Positions 20,349 through 30,513 of a stretch of DNA of 64,000 nt are shown here, one piece after another. Position numbers and translations under genes: made by a program. The notes beneath the pieces were generated by a model. The model was not told where the DNA came from. It worked only from the letters and a program-made list of their open reading frames with translations, and did not search any database. Location: assembly GCA_963835575.1 (NCBI GenBank), contig CAWIGG010000004.1, positions 512,001 to 576,000 on the forward strand. The letters run 5' to 3'. This stretch comes from an uncultured Spirochaetota bacterium. GTDB lineage: Bacteria > Spirochaetota > Brevinematia > Brevinematales > JAOACQ01. Position 1 is the first letter of the stretch. The number at the start of each line of letters is the position of its first letter.

Positions 20349-20642
20349 TTATTTGTGATGATCGGTCAAGCGATCCTTTTTCTTTTTGATTTCTTTTTCA
20401 ATTTTATCCGTGACTTTATCAAAAGATTCCTGCCAGGTCGAACCCAGGTCTTTGGCGAAATATATATCGCGGTTTGCCGCCACTTTGAGTTCTGTAAGAT
20501 ATTGCCCTCTCTGCAGGCCGATGATCGCGGTAATATTCAAAATCTGCTGATAGTAAAACTTGATTTTCTGGAGCCTTTTTTCCAGATAATCTTTCATTTC
20601 ATCATTGATTTCAATATGCTTTCCTGTATAAGACACAATCAT
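20349..20642 (-). CDS. hpf: Ribosome hibernation factor (short HPF/RaiA)
   Basis: TGKHIEIND...YLEKRLQK; GGAGG RBS; adjacent to hprK. Confidence 0.8.
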   Translation of the reverse strand: MIVSYTGKHIEINDEMKDYLEKRLQKIKFYYQQILNITAIIGLQRGQYLTELKVAANRDIYFAKDLGSTWQESFDKVTDKIEKEIKKKKDRLTDHHK

Positions 20643-20663
20643 AGTTTCCTCCAAGTTAATATA

Positions 20664-21467
20664 TCATTTGTTCAAAAATCCTTCTTTGATCTTTTCCAGC
20701 TTGCCTCTGAGTATCATGATCGCTTTTGTGTGCAGCTGGGATACTCTTGATTCTGTGACATTAAGAATTGTCCCGATTTCCTTTAATGTAAGACCCTCAT
20801 AATAATAAAGTATCAAAACCTGCTTTTCTCTTTCCGGAAGGTCCATCAGACAGCGGGCTATCATTTTCTTTATTTCTTCCTTTTCAGCCGCGACATCCGG
20901 ATTGTACGTGTCGGAACTTTCCAGAGTGTCTTCTATGGACATCGGGGCGTTATCTCCGCCGTCATTGATGTACCAGTTTTCATCCATCGAAACAAGGGAA
21001 TTGCCGCTGACACGGAGCAGCAGATTATGGAATTCCTGAATGGAAACCCCGAGCGCCTCTGCTATTTCCTCATCATTGGCTGAACGGCCCAATTTGGCCT
21101 CCAGGTCGGCTATAGTCCGCTCAATCTCCTTTGCTTTCTGGCGTACTGAACGGGGAAGCCAGTCTATAGCCCTTAACTGGTCAAATATTGACCCTCTGAT
21201 TCTGGTTACAGCGTATGTTTTAAATTTGATCTCTCTTTTGGGATCGAATTTATCTATAGCATCTATCAGTCCGAGAACTCCGTAGCTTACTAAATCAAAA
21301 AACTCAACGGAACTCGGGACATTCATAGCAACTCTTCCTGCCACATATTTTACCAAAGGAGCATATTTTTCGATAAAATAATTCCTTAACTTCTGATTAT
21401 GAGTTTTAACATATTCTTCCCAGAGTTCTTCTTCAGAAAGATGGTCAAACTCTTCATAACCTCTCAT
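20664..21467 (-). CDS. fliA: FliA/WhiG-family sigma factor
   Basis: KFKTYAVTRIRG, DWLPRSVR, TESRVSQLH. Confidence 0.9.
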   Translation of the reverse strand: MRGYEEFDHLSEEELWEEYVKTHNQKLRNYFIEKYAPLVKYVAGRVAMNVPSSVEFFDLVSYGVLGLIDAIDKFDPKREIKFKTYAVTRIRGSIFDQLRAIDWLPRSVRQKAKEIERTIADLEAKLGRSANDEEIAEALGVSIQEFHNLLLRVSGNSLVSMDENWYINDGGDNAPMSIEDTLESSDTYNPDVAAEKEEIKKMIARCLMDLPEREKQVLILYYYEGLTLKEIGTILNVTESRVSQLHTKAIMILRGKLEKIKEGFLNK

Positions 21468-21572
21468 AATATTTCTCCCTCAGCTTAACTAACTAATTTT
21501 AATTAATATAATAAAATAGCATACAATTATAAACCATTTCCTTTTTTTTTACAAAAAACCTCCTCTTTTATA

Positions 21573-22688
21573 TCAACTGATAAGCCATAAAAAGATAAGT
21601 AAAACAAAAGCTAGGCTGGCTGCTATTATCAGAATGATACTATAAACACTCACCTTTTTTCCTCTATCGGCAGCGTCATTTGCAAGTTGGTCCTGGTTTG
21701 TCAGGGATTGTCCCAGATAATCCTCTATATGATAACCCGGCTGTTCCGGGACAGGATTTTGAGGGACGGCAGTTTCACCTTTACGGTGCTGATGTTTTTT
21801 TACCTGAACTCTTATTTTTTCTCCGATCATAAAACGGCCGTAGATGCCGGGAGCAAATTCTATAATAACTAAATTGCTCATTAAATTGGGAGCTTTTTGA
21901 TTATAAACAATCCTGCCGTAAAGTGTGCCGGGAGATAAAGCTGACGTATCAATAAATCCTAATATGAAATTTACAATTTCCCTGCTGTCCACTATTTTAA
22001 CAAGCAGTTCGTCATAAATTTCCATTTTTTCCAAATCGACCCCGCCCAGAGGCGCCAAAACAGGTTCAACTTTTATATTCAGGAGCGTAATTAAATTCAT
22101 TTTGAGCTGAGATTGAACCTTCATGCCGACCCGGGTCGCTTTTAAAAATGTTGTAAAGTGAAAGATGTTGGTTTGTTCGTTTATCATTTTAAGGATGATG
22201 CCTGAGTCCGCAAAAACCTTGCTGAGTTCGCTTAAGATAAATCTTTTTATATTAACAAGATCAATAGTATGAGTATCTGTGAAAAAAGTGGCAAGGTAGT
22301 TTGCATTATCAGCCGATAGAATCTGTGACTCGGATTTCGAGGCCATTTCAACATCGGATTCGGGTTCTGTCAGATACTCAAGCATAATACTGAAAATATC
22401 GCCCCAGGAATTTTCAATTTTGATTTTAGTAAGGCTTGGGTTGTTGGACACAACGCAGAACATATATTCGGGAATACGCGTCTGAAAATTAAAAAATAAA
22501 AGGAATGCGCCGCTGTACATTTTTTTATTAGATATGAATTTAGCTTTGAGGACCACAATATCCTTTTCTGAAGATTCAATTATCTTTATAGCGGCTTCCA
22601 GATCAGTCTTGGTGAAATTAAGAAGATCTCTTGCAAAATCCTGAGGAATGCCATAATTATTTATGAGTATTTCAGCTTCTAAGGCCAT
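21573..22688 (-). CDS. Hypothetical protein with C-terminal membrane anchor
   Basis: 371-aa ORF, GGGAG RBS, hydrophobic C-terminus. Confidence 0.65.
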   Translation of the reverse strand: MALEAEILINNYGIPQDFARDLLNFTKTDLEAAIKIIESSEKDIVVLKAKFISNKKMYSGAFLLFFNFQTRIPEYMFCVVSNNPSLTKIKIENSWGDIFSIMLEYLTEPESDVEMASKSESQILSADNANYLATFFTDTHTIDLVNIKRFILSELSKVFADSGIILKMINEQTNIFHFTTFLKATRVGMKVQSQLKMNLITLLNIKVEPVLAPLGGVDLEKMEIYDELLVKIVDSREIVNFILGFIDTSALSPGTLYGRIVYNQKAPNLMSNLVIIEFAPGIYGRFMIGEKIRVQVKKHQHRKGETAVPQNPVPEQPGYHIEDYLGQSLTNQDQLANDAADRGKKVSVYSIILIIAASLAFVLLIFLWLIS

Positions 22689-22697
22689 AGAAACTCC

Positions 22698-23441
22698 CTA
22701 ATCTTTATGCAAAATTGTCCTTATAGCCTTGGCTACTATTGCAGGATCGGCATTAATAACCTTGTTTTTCAGCCTGAATGATACGGCTTTATCTTGAGAA
22801 GAAGCGCCTAAACGGCCCTGTTTTTTAAGATCTTCTTCTCTGCCGGCTTCTCCCAGGCTGCTGGTCTCTTCGCTCAGATTTGATGATCTGTCAATTTCTG
22901 AATTTTCAATATTAACTGAATCGGGCTCTATTGATGAATCCCTGCCGTAGCCGGTTTTAAAATTTTCTTCATTTTGAGTGTTTACAGTATCATCTATAGA
23001 ATGCGGCATTTCATTGTTCGGATAATCGGTTTCTTGAAGATATGGTTCAGACTGGCTCTGTGAAGGAGGGATTGTTTCTTCCGGAGTATTATTTGTATCT
23101 TCTCCGGCGGCATTTTTATAAAGGTCCTGATATGCCGATTCGGGATTTACGGCAGTTTCATCGGTTACATCAATTTTATAATTGAGCGGCTGTTCCGGGA
23201 TTTTACCTTTCGGGCCGGCTTCGGTAAATAGAAACAAAGAATCATACTCTACCTGCGAAAGGGTGCGCTTGAGAAAGAAATCCAGTCCCGCTCCGATCCC
23301 CCCCATTAAGAATCCCCCGATGATTGTCTTTGCCGCAATCAGCAGAATAGAAGTTCCTGAAAATACACTCAATAATAATGAGAAAGCGATTCCAAAAAGC
23401 CCAAAAAATAGAATAATTTTACTTTTTAATATGTTCTGCAT
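22698..23441 (-). CDS. Hypothetical membrane protein
   Basis: Two N-terminal TM helices, acidic linker, C-terminal DPAIVAKAIRT. Confidence 0.65.
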   Translation of the reverse strand: MQNILKSKIILFFGLFGIAFSLLLSVFSGTSILLIAAKTIIGGFLMGGIGAGLDFFLKRTLSQVEYDSLFLFTEAGPKGKIPEQPLNYKIDVTDETAVNPESAYQDLYKNAAGEDTNNTPEETIPPSQSQSEPYLQETDYPNNEMPHSIDDTVNTQNEENFKTGYGRDSSIEPDSVNIENSEIDRSSNLSEETSSLGEAGREEDLKKQGRLGASSQDKAVSFRLKNKVINADPAIVAKAIRTILHKD

Positions 23442-23920
23442 AAAATATCCTACCGTGGCAAAAAATGAAATTATTAATTAAAAGACCATTAGCGTAGTTT
23501 GGGCTTCTGCGATCATGGCATCTACTCTATTATTATATGGGAGATTAATAAAAAGTCAATTTTTATGACTATGGAGGGTGTTATTTTGTGAGACAAAAAA
23601 TCCTGTTACTCATAATTTTGTTAATTCTTATAAGCGGTCTTCATTTTTTACTCAATTTAAAGTATTCCGTAATAACTATAAGATTGAGTATATACCTGCA
23701 GGAAGTTATTATTGCCTTTACATTATCTATAGGCGGTTTAATTCTTCAAACCCTGCTGCTCAATCCGCTTGCCGAACCTTATATTCTCGGTGTTTAAAGC
23801 GCATCAACTTTCGGGGCTGTCATAGCGCTTTTTCTTTCCCTATCCCCGCTTTTGATTTTCAGGACTTTATTTGCCGTTATCGGCTCTTTCCTTCTGACAG
23901 GATTCATTTTTTATCTCAGC

Positions 23921-25595
23921 TTGCCTGTCGGTTATTTCATTTTCGGAGTCAAACCAGCCCCTTACAATAAGCGGGCAAATAAAAATTTTGTCAGCTTAGC
24001 TGATTTTAATAATAAATTTCGAATAATCGATACTCAGACTATACAAAATCCTCTCTATTTTCTCAAATATTGGGCATATTTCATAAAATTATGCGCAAGG
24101 GATACCCAGCATAGCTCCAAATTCACTTTCCGTTGACCTCTGTAAACTGTCTGAACATAACCCTTCTGTGTTTTGATGTTTGAAAATACGTGTTCTTTAC
24201 CTATCCTGCGGTTGTATATCTTTTGCCCTTCTTCGCTGTAAAGTTTTGTTAAATAAGCATCAATCTTAGACCGATTATTCAATTCAAACTCACTGAAAAT
24301 TACTGTCTTTTGCTGTGTTTTCGGTTTGATGTTTTTATAACACTCACTGAAAAATGGACATCTTTCACAGCCCTTCCGTGAATACAAAAATGTATATCTT
24401 TGGTTATTTCGATCTAAATACCCATTTTCCTTACGGCCGCCCCGGCATCCCAGGATATATTCGTCATCAATCTTTTCCAGTTTAAAGTCTCTTCGCTTCT
24501 GTGATTTATCACTGAAATCCCGCTCTTTCGTATCCACATAAAGGTCTTTTCCTTCCTCCACCATCCGGATTGTCTCTTCCATGTCCTGAAAACCCGAATC
24601 AAAAAGGTATTTGCTAGCCTTATCAACTTTTAATTCCGCTTTTTTCTGTTCCACCCTCTTTACCATTTCTTCCGTATGCTGTTTTTCCGGTGTTGTGATT
24701 GCTTCAAAATCTATAATCACATCATTATTACTGACCATCATCGCCGAATTATATCCCTGTATAAACACACTATGCGGATTTCCAGACATCAGCTTGCTTT
24801 CGGGATCAGTCAGGTTGGTGAATTCTTCGTCTGTCTTTTCCCCTCTCTCTACCTGTTTTTTGTATTCATCGATTTGGTTCAAAACACTATCGTAAATCTT
24901 TTTCCGCCTTGATACCCGCTTCTTCTCCGCTTCGTAATAAGGCTGCTCCAGCTTGCCTTCCCGGTAAGATTCTTCCAGTTCCAGGTCTTGTTTCACAATC
25001 TTTTCCGCCATCTTCTGGTAAGTGTCCATCAGCTTCCGGGTATGTTTCTTTCCCACATTCTTATTCTTACTCGCGTAGGCCTTGATCTTTGTGCCGTCAC
25101 CCACTACCATGTCCCAATCTATAGACCCCATTTCGTTGAGTATATATAAAAGCTGGCTGAACAACTCCTCGATCTTTTCCTGAAAAAGTACCTTGAACTC
25201 GCAAATTACCGAATGGTCAATTTTCAGCCGGTTTGAAACATACATAAACCCAATGTGTTTTTTCAGCAAATCTTCTATCTTTCGGCTGATACGATTTCCC
25301 GTAATGTAACCGTAGAGTACCGCACAGATCACATCCCGAGGATTTTTAATCTCTCTGCCTCTATGGTCGTTCTTATAGTAAGCCGCGAAATCCTCCAGTT
25401 TAATACGGTTTTTGATGAATTCTTTTAGTATAAATTCTCTGGAATTCTCATCAAACTGCTCGCCTATATTGATCGCGAGGAACTCACCCTGCTCCAGGCT
25501 GTTCTTTTCAAATCTTGCCATCTTTTTCTCCCGTTTTATTTTAACGGGAACCCTGCCGTATGTCCATGAAGCATGTTATAAAAACCGACAGGCAA
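23921..25595 (-). mobile_element. IS1182-family element, complete
   Basis: 13-bp terminal inverted repeats TTGCCTGTCGGTT / AACCGACAGGCAA; CAGC duplicated at 23917-23920 and 25596-25599. Confidence 0.9.
24055..25521 (-). CDS. IS1182-family transposase
   Basis: DUF772-like N-terminus (LYGY...SRKIE...DHSVI), DGTKIKA, TDPES, FDSG, EHVFSNIK...AHN. Confidence 0.88.
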   Translation of the reverse strand: MARFEKNSLEQGEFLAINIGEQFDENSREFILKEFIKNRIKLEDFAAYYKNDHRGREIKNPRDVICAVLYGYITGNRISRKIEDLLKKHIGFMYVSNRLKIDHSVICEFKVLFQEKIEELFSQLLYILNEMGSIDWDMVVGDGTKIKAYASKNKNVGKKHTRKLMDTYQKMAEKIVKQDLELEESYREGKLEQPYYEAEKKRVSRRKKIYDSVLNQIDEYKKQVERGEKTDEEFTNLTDPESKLMSGNPHSVFIQGYNSAMMVSNNDVIIDFEAITTPEKQHTEEMVKRVEQKKAELKVDKASKYLFDSGFQDMEETIRMVEEGKDLYVDTKERDFSDKSQKRRDFKLEKIDDEYILGCRGGRKENGYLDRNNQRYTFLYSRKGCERCPFFSECYKNIKPKTQQKTVIFSEFELNNRSKIDAYLTKLYSEEGQKIYNRRIGKEHVFSNIKTQKGYVQTVYRGQRKVNLELCWVSLAHNFMKYAQYLRK

Positions 25596-26358
25596 CAGCA
25601 GGAAAAAGTATTCTTTTTCAATCAGTGTCGCTCTTCTGGCGGGGGTAAGCCTGAATGCCTTTTTTTCTTCTCTTATAATACTATTGCAGGGCTTTCTTCT
25701 TCCGAATGATTGGGCGGTTTCAATCCGCTGGATCATGGGAAATATCGATTATATTTCTTATCCGGAAATCATTCTTTTATCTCTGGCTTTATTGATTGAG
25801 CAGATCTTTCTTATCGTTTTTCATAAGGAACTGGATATTTATCTGACGGGTGAAGAAATGGCCCAATCGGTTGGCGTCAATGTTCAAAAACTGAAACGCT
25901 GGGGTTTTATCACGGTAAGTCTGGCGATGGGTTTGATATCCGGCGAGGCCGGTATGCTTGGTTTTATCGGTCTGGTAGTTCCTCAAATGGTAAAGTTTAA
26001 TTTTCATTCAAATCATAAAAATTCCATATTGCCGATATTTTTACTCAGTTCCGTTTTTTTAGTCGGATCGGGCATCATATCTAAAAATCTGCTCCAGGGA
26101 GCCTCTCTTCCTTTAGGGGTAATCAACTCCATGGTTTCAGCGCCGTTTTTTATTTATATTCTCATTAAGAATTATAAGGGTTTTTAATCTTATTATAATT
26201 GATTATTTTGCATTATTTTTAAAATAATCTTATGCTTTTAACAGATGGGAGCCTTGATATTTATGATAAAGATGATATCATATATTGAGACTCTCAAAAA
26301 GAAAAACAACCTGAGTTGAACGATTTATTTCTTTTTTATGTATAGCATTTATAGTTTT

Positions 26359-26407
26359 CCTCGCCATTTTGTCAGGCCGCACTGGAGTGGCAAACAAAAT
26401 GGCGAGG
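26359..26407. repeat. Long stem-loop, loop shared with 52149-52221
   Basis: CCTCGCCATTTTGT-N21-ACAAAATGGCGAGG, perfect 14-bp stem. Confidence 0.7.
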
Positions 26408-26474
26408 GGCTATTAAAAAGCTATTAGCATAAGAATTGTTCAATTGAGGAACAATTATTTTGGAGGGCAGGCAT

Positions 26475-27815
26475 ATGAGAATAAGTGTGGAAGCGGTCTT
26501 ATTCTTATTTTTTGTATTTTCATTTAACGCAATTTCTTTCAGTCAGGACCAGAGTTCTTCTTCGAACCAGAACCCGGAAAATCCGGTTCTTGAGAGTCAA
26601 AACAATTCAAATCAGCAGTTGGCGCCGACCTGGAAAGCAGGCTTTCAATTCGGAGGAATGTCAATTAACGGCAATGACTATAATGCCATCAGGCTTCAGC
26701 CGGAATTTTCAATATGGAAATTCGGTTTAGGTCTGGACTTGAATTTTGAATTTGATGCTGGCGGCCGGTTCAGGGTGACCGAATGGAATTCCTGGCAGGC
26801 TGTTGTATCAAAAATTCTCTATCTGCGGTTTGGTTTTAAAAGAGAACCGATTTATGCTAAAGTGGGAAGCATCAACGATTTTACTCTGGGGAATGGTTTT
26901 ATTGTGGACCGTTATTCCAATATGCTGAATTATCCCTCTATAAAAAAGCTGGGCTTTGCTTTTGATATTGATTTTCATTATGCGGGTTTTGAATCAATGA
27001 CTGATAATATCTTCGATTGGGATATTCTTGGTCTCAGGGCTTTCGGAAGGCCTCTCATCGGTACGGGAATTCCGCTTCTGGATAAGCTTGAAATCGGCGC
27101 GACAATCGCGGCTGATCTGGATACTCATAATCCTATCCCTCCGGCAGATAGTCCGTATGATTTTACTGATAGTACGAACAGTACGAATTCAGTGGTATGT
27201 TATGGGGCAGATATCGGCATTCCTCTACTTGATACAGCCGCTTTTTATCTGAAGTCTTATGTTGATTTTGCGGCCATAATGAATAAAGGAACAGGAGAAG
27301 CTCTGGGTATCGGGGGCAGCGTAATACAGATGATACCGTATAAACTGGAATTGAGAATACTTCAGCCCAGATTCATTCCTTCATATTTTGATTCATATTA
27401 TGATGCCGCCAGGGCATATAAATATGATAGCCTGGACCTCCTGACCTCTGATAATATCGGATGGCTGGCTTCTACAGGCATAACGCTTTTGGACAATTTA
27501 TTTGTATGGAATGTTCAGATGGAAGGTTCTTTTTCATCAGACATAAAACCTTCATTCATGACCACAATAAGATTGTCAAAAAATCTGTTTAAAATAATAG
27601 GTGTTCAATTAACATGGATGAGGCAGAATATTTCATCTTTTAGTGATGTTTTTATAATTCAGGACGGAAATTCTCTATTGTTATTGACCATTAATTATTT
27701 TATTTCCGAGAACCTGGCTATTACTCTTGATTACAAACGGACATTTGAAATGGATTCGAGCGGCCAGATTAATCCTTTTACTTCTACTACGATCAGCACA
27801 AAAATCATCTTCTAA
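26475..27815 (+). CDS. Probable outer-membrane beta-barrel protein
   Basis: Signal peptide, amphipathic strands, C-terminal Phe. Confidence 0.6.
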   Translation: MRISVEAVLFLFFVFSFNAISFSQDQSSSSNQNPENPVLESQNNSNQQLAPTWKAGFQFGGMSINGNDYNAIRLQPEFSIWKFGLGLDLNFEFDAGGRFRVTEWNSWQAVVSKILYLRFGFKREPIYAKVGSINDFTLGNGFIVDRYSNMLNYPSIKKLGFAFDIDFHYAGFESMTDNIFDWDILGLRAFGRPLIGTGIPLLDKLEIGATIAADLDTHNPIPPADSPYDFTDSTNSTNSVVCYGADIGIPLLDTAAFYLKSYVDFAAIMNKGTGEALGIGGSVIQMIPYKLELRILQPRFIPSYFDSYYDAARAYKYDSLDLLTSDNIGWLASTGITLLDNLFVWNVQMEGSFSSDIKPSFMTTIRLSKNLFKIIGVQLTWMRQNISSFSDVFIIQDGNSLLLLTINYFISENLAITLDYKRTFEMDSSGQINPFTSTTISTKIIF

Positions 27816-27835
27816 ACACTCAAGAGGAGGAGCTT

Positions 27836-29797
27836 ATGAAGACTTTTTGTTTATTTTCAGCTTTATTTATACTGGTCATATTAATCCCTTCTCATTTATT
27901 TTCAAAAAAAGATAATCTGTCTAAATTATCAGGGAATGTCCTGACTGTCAGCGGGTTCATCGGGGATTGTGAAATGAAATATGAAGGCGGCGAATGGCAG
28001 GGCTTATATATTGGCGATAAAGTCCCTGAAAACTCAGAAGTCCGCGTCAATGGTCAGAATGATTACCTTGAGCTTGATTTTCCTGACGGCTCTACATTAA
28101 AAATATCGGGGCTGACAAGTGTAAGAATCAGTGATATCCTTAATAAAAAAAATAACGGCAAGCAGGAAAGTTTTATTTCCTTACTGACCGGAAAATTGTT
28201 TGCTTCGGTTAAACCGTCTTCCGATCAGGATTTTAAAGTAGAAACACAGACAGCCATCGCGGCGGTCCGGGGTACAAAATTCACTGTTTCATTCAGCCCG
28301 AGTGAGGGAGGCCAGGTATTTGTCGGAGAAGGCGCGGTGGCGCTTAAAGACATTGAAGGAAAGTTTAACGAGGTAGTTGTTAAAGAAGGGTTTGTCAGTG
28401 AAATTCCGGCGGAAGTTGGCGAACCTCCGTCAGCTCCTAAGGAAGCCTCGAAAGAGGTTGTAAATGATTATCAGACAGAATTAAGCAATATTCAGCAGGA
28501 AAAGATGGAAACAACAGTGCCGGTTCAGGAAACAACGCCCGTGAAAACAGAAGAAAAGGCGCAGAAACCCGGAAGGGGATGCAGTGAACAGGGCTTAAAC
28601 TGGTCTGTCAGCGCTGAAACTCTTGATAATTCTGTCTGGAATAAAGTGCTCCTCAGTCCGACTTTTAAGTTCGGCGACTTTTCATTCGGGCTTTACCTGG
28701 CGCTCTACTTTAAAAATCTGGAAGACCTCGGGTATATTGATAGGTGGTATAATAAAGACGAATGGGATTTTTCTTCCTGGCAGGATGCTCTGCATGATCT
28801 TCTGCTTAAAATACGTTTTGCCCAGTATCAAAACGGTTTCATGCTGGCCGCAATCGGCAGCCTTGACAGTATGACAATCGGGCATGGTTCGCTTGTTGAC
28901 GGTTACGCGAACGATATTGAATTCCCGGCAGTGAGAAAAGTAGGCTTTCAATTCAATATCGACGCTGACTGGGTCGGCTTTGAAAGTATGACGGGCGATG
29001 CGTTTTTAATGCAGTTGTTTGCCGGCAGGTTATTCGCGAGGCCTTTTAAAGCCGTTCCTATAATCGGTAAAACAGCATTCGGTATTTCAGGCTTTATAGA
29101 TACTGATCCGCTTCTTGACGGAAAAAGAAAAGTTTTCGGCTATGGGGCGGATATCGATTATCCTTTAATAGATTTTGATTCCTTTAAAACAATTTTGTAT
29201 GGAGATGTGGCGACCCTGGGTTATCATGACGAGGTGATCAAGGATGACGACAGCCAGGTCGGTTATGGGATTTTTACAGGCGTTAAGGGAAGCCTTGCGG
29301 TCCTTGATTATAAAGCGGAATACCGCTATATAGCAGGCGGTTTTATGCCGTCCTATATAGATAAATTTTATGATATGGATAAAACTGAAAATTATTATCA
29401 GCTTATTTCACATACTCTCCCGGATTTTAACGGATTCCTGCTGGAGGCCGGTAAGAAATTCGAAGGAATAGGAAGCATAACAGCGAGCTATCAGCATCTA
29501 TTCCCTATGGATTCTTCGACAAATATATATAATTTTCTGCATCTGGAAGCTTCTGTCAGCAAATGCCTGTTTCAAAAGGCATATGGTACCATAGCTTATG
29601 ACAGGAAAAATTTTATTTTTTCTGATTTATACAACAGCTTTGTGGGAAATGGAGTAATTGTCACGACCCAGATATTTTATGAGATTACCGAAGGTGTTTA
29701 TGTCGGGCTATTATATAAAAAATATTATGAAACGGATGCTTTTGGGAATTTGACGGAAAAATTTACGGTCGGATTGCAGACTCAAATGGGTCTATAG
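27836..29797 (+). CDS. FecR-domain protein fused to a paralogous beta-barrel
   Basis: FKVETQTAIAAVRGTKF...VGEGAV (FecR); C-terminal half similar to the upstream gene. Confidence 0.72.
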   Translation: MKTFCLFSALFILVILIPSHLFSKKDNLSKLSGNVLTVSGFIGDCEMKYEGGEWQGLYIGDKVPENSEVRVNGQNDYLELDFPDGSTLKISGLTSVRISDILNKKNNGKQESFISLLTGKLFASVKPSSDQDFKVETQTAIAAVRGTKFTVSFSPSEGGQVFVGEGAVALKDIEGKFNEVVVKEGFVSEIPAEVGEPPSAPKEASKEVVNDYQTELSNIQQEKMETTVPVQETTPVKTEEKAQKPGRGCSEQGLNWSVSAETLDNSVWNKVLLSPTFKFGDFSFGLYLALYFKNLEDLGYIDRWYNKDEWDFSSWQDALHDLLLKIRFAQYQNGFMLAAIGSLDSMTIGHGSLVDGYANDIEFPAVRKVGFQFNIDADWVGFESMTGDAFLMQLFAGRLFARPFKAVPIIGKTAFGISGFIDTDPLLDGKRKVFGYGADIDYPLIDFDSFKTILYGDVATLGYHDEVIKDDDSQVGYGIFTGVKGSLAVLDYKAEYRYIAGGFMPSYIDKFYDMDKTENYYQLISHTLPDFNGFLLEAGKKFEGIGSITASYQHLFPMDSSTNIYNFLHLEASVSKCLFQKAYGTIAYDRKNFIFSDLYNSFVGNGVIVTTQIFYEITEGVYVGLLYKKYYETDAFGNLTEKFTVGLQTQMGL

Positions 29798-29813
29798 AAT
29801 TTTTAAAAATAGT

Positions 29814-29842
29814 AAAGGGCTGTCTTTCGACAGCCCTTTTTT
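29814..29842. terminator. Bidirectional intrinsic terminator
   Basis: AAAGGGCTGTC-TTTC-GACAGCCCTTTTTT between convergent genes. Confidence 0.8.
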
Positions 29843-30183
29843 CATGTTTTTTTTAGGAACGGCAGGAATTTGACATCCTGAGCCACGATCTGCACTGAGC
29901 TCCGGTTTTTGCCTTCCTCAGTTTTCCAGCGGGATTGTCTGAGCTTGCCGGAAACAATAATTTTCCTTCCTTTTTTCAGGTAAGTGGAACAGATTTCCGC
30001 CAGCTTGCCCCAGGCGCTGATGTCAAAATAGCTGACATCTTCGGCTTTTTCACCATTTTTGTAGGTGATGTTTGTGTTAGCCACACTGAACTTTGTGTAA
30101 GCCAATCCGTCCGAAGTGTACTTCAGCTCCGGGTCTTTGACCACTCCGCCTTCTACCACAATCACGTTTACTCCAGCTTGCAT
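29842..30183 (-). CDS. ssb: Single-stranded DNA-binding protein (short form)
   Basis: KDPELKYT, FSVA, AWGKLAE, YLKKGRKIIVSGKL. Confidence 0.9.
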   Translation of the reverse strand: MQAGVNVIVVEGGVVKDPELKYTSDGLAYTKFSVANTNITYKNGEKAEDVSYFDISAWGKLAEICSTYLKKGRKIIVSGKLRQSRWKTEEGKNRSSVQIVAQDVKFLPFLKKT

Positions 30184-30513
30184 ATCAAGCCTCCTTTTTT
30201 GTTATATTATCCTTAATACCTGAAACATGTTAAATTATATTAATATAGTGTATAATAATTGATAATTATATTTAACAATATTATTACAATATACGGGATA
30301 TAATATTGGTATATAAAAACGATGGACGCTTCTTCAACATTTGATATCATTAGTTTAAGTGAAAAATATAATTATAATTTGATGTTGAAACACATGGATT
30401 ACTGAATATTTAGTAAAATTTATCTTATAAATTTTTGTAACATTTAATCTTTCAGGCTAAAATATCAGAGAAATTTCTGCGAAGATAAAAAATATAACAA
30501 ATTGGAGGGCAAT

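Larger units (their letters stand above)
23588..26187 (+). pseudogene. FecCD/BtuC iron/cobalamin ABC permease, disrupted
   Basis: LQTLLLNPLAEPYILGV*SAS (in-frame TAA at 23795-23797); split by IS1182; resumes in frame at 25600 (RKKYSFSISVALLAGVSL...GEEMAQSVGVN...GFIGLVVP...LPLGVI). Confidence 0.88.

Noticed and set aside
26359..26407. SRP (4.5S) RNA
   Set aside because: GTCAGG is present but the GGAA tetraloop and AGCAG motif are not, and a second related hairpin exists elsewhere.
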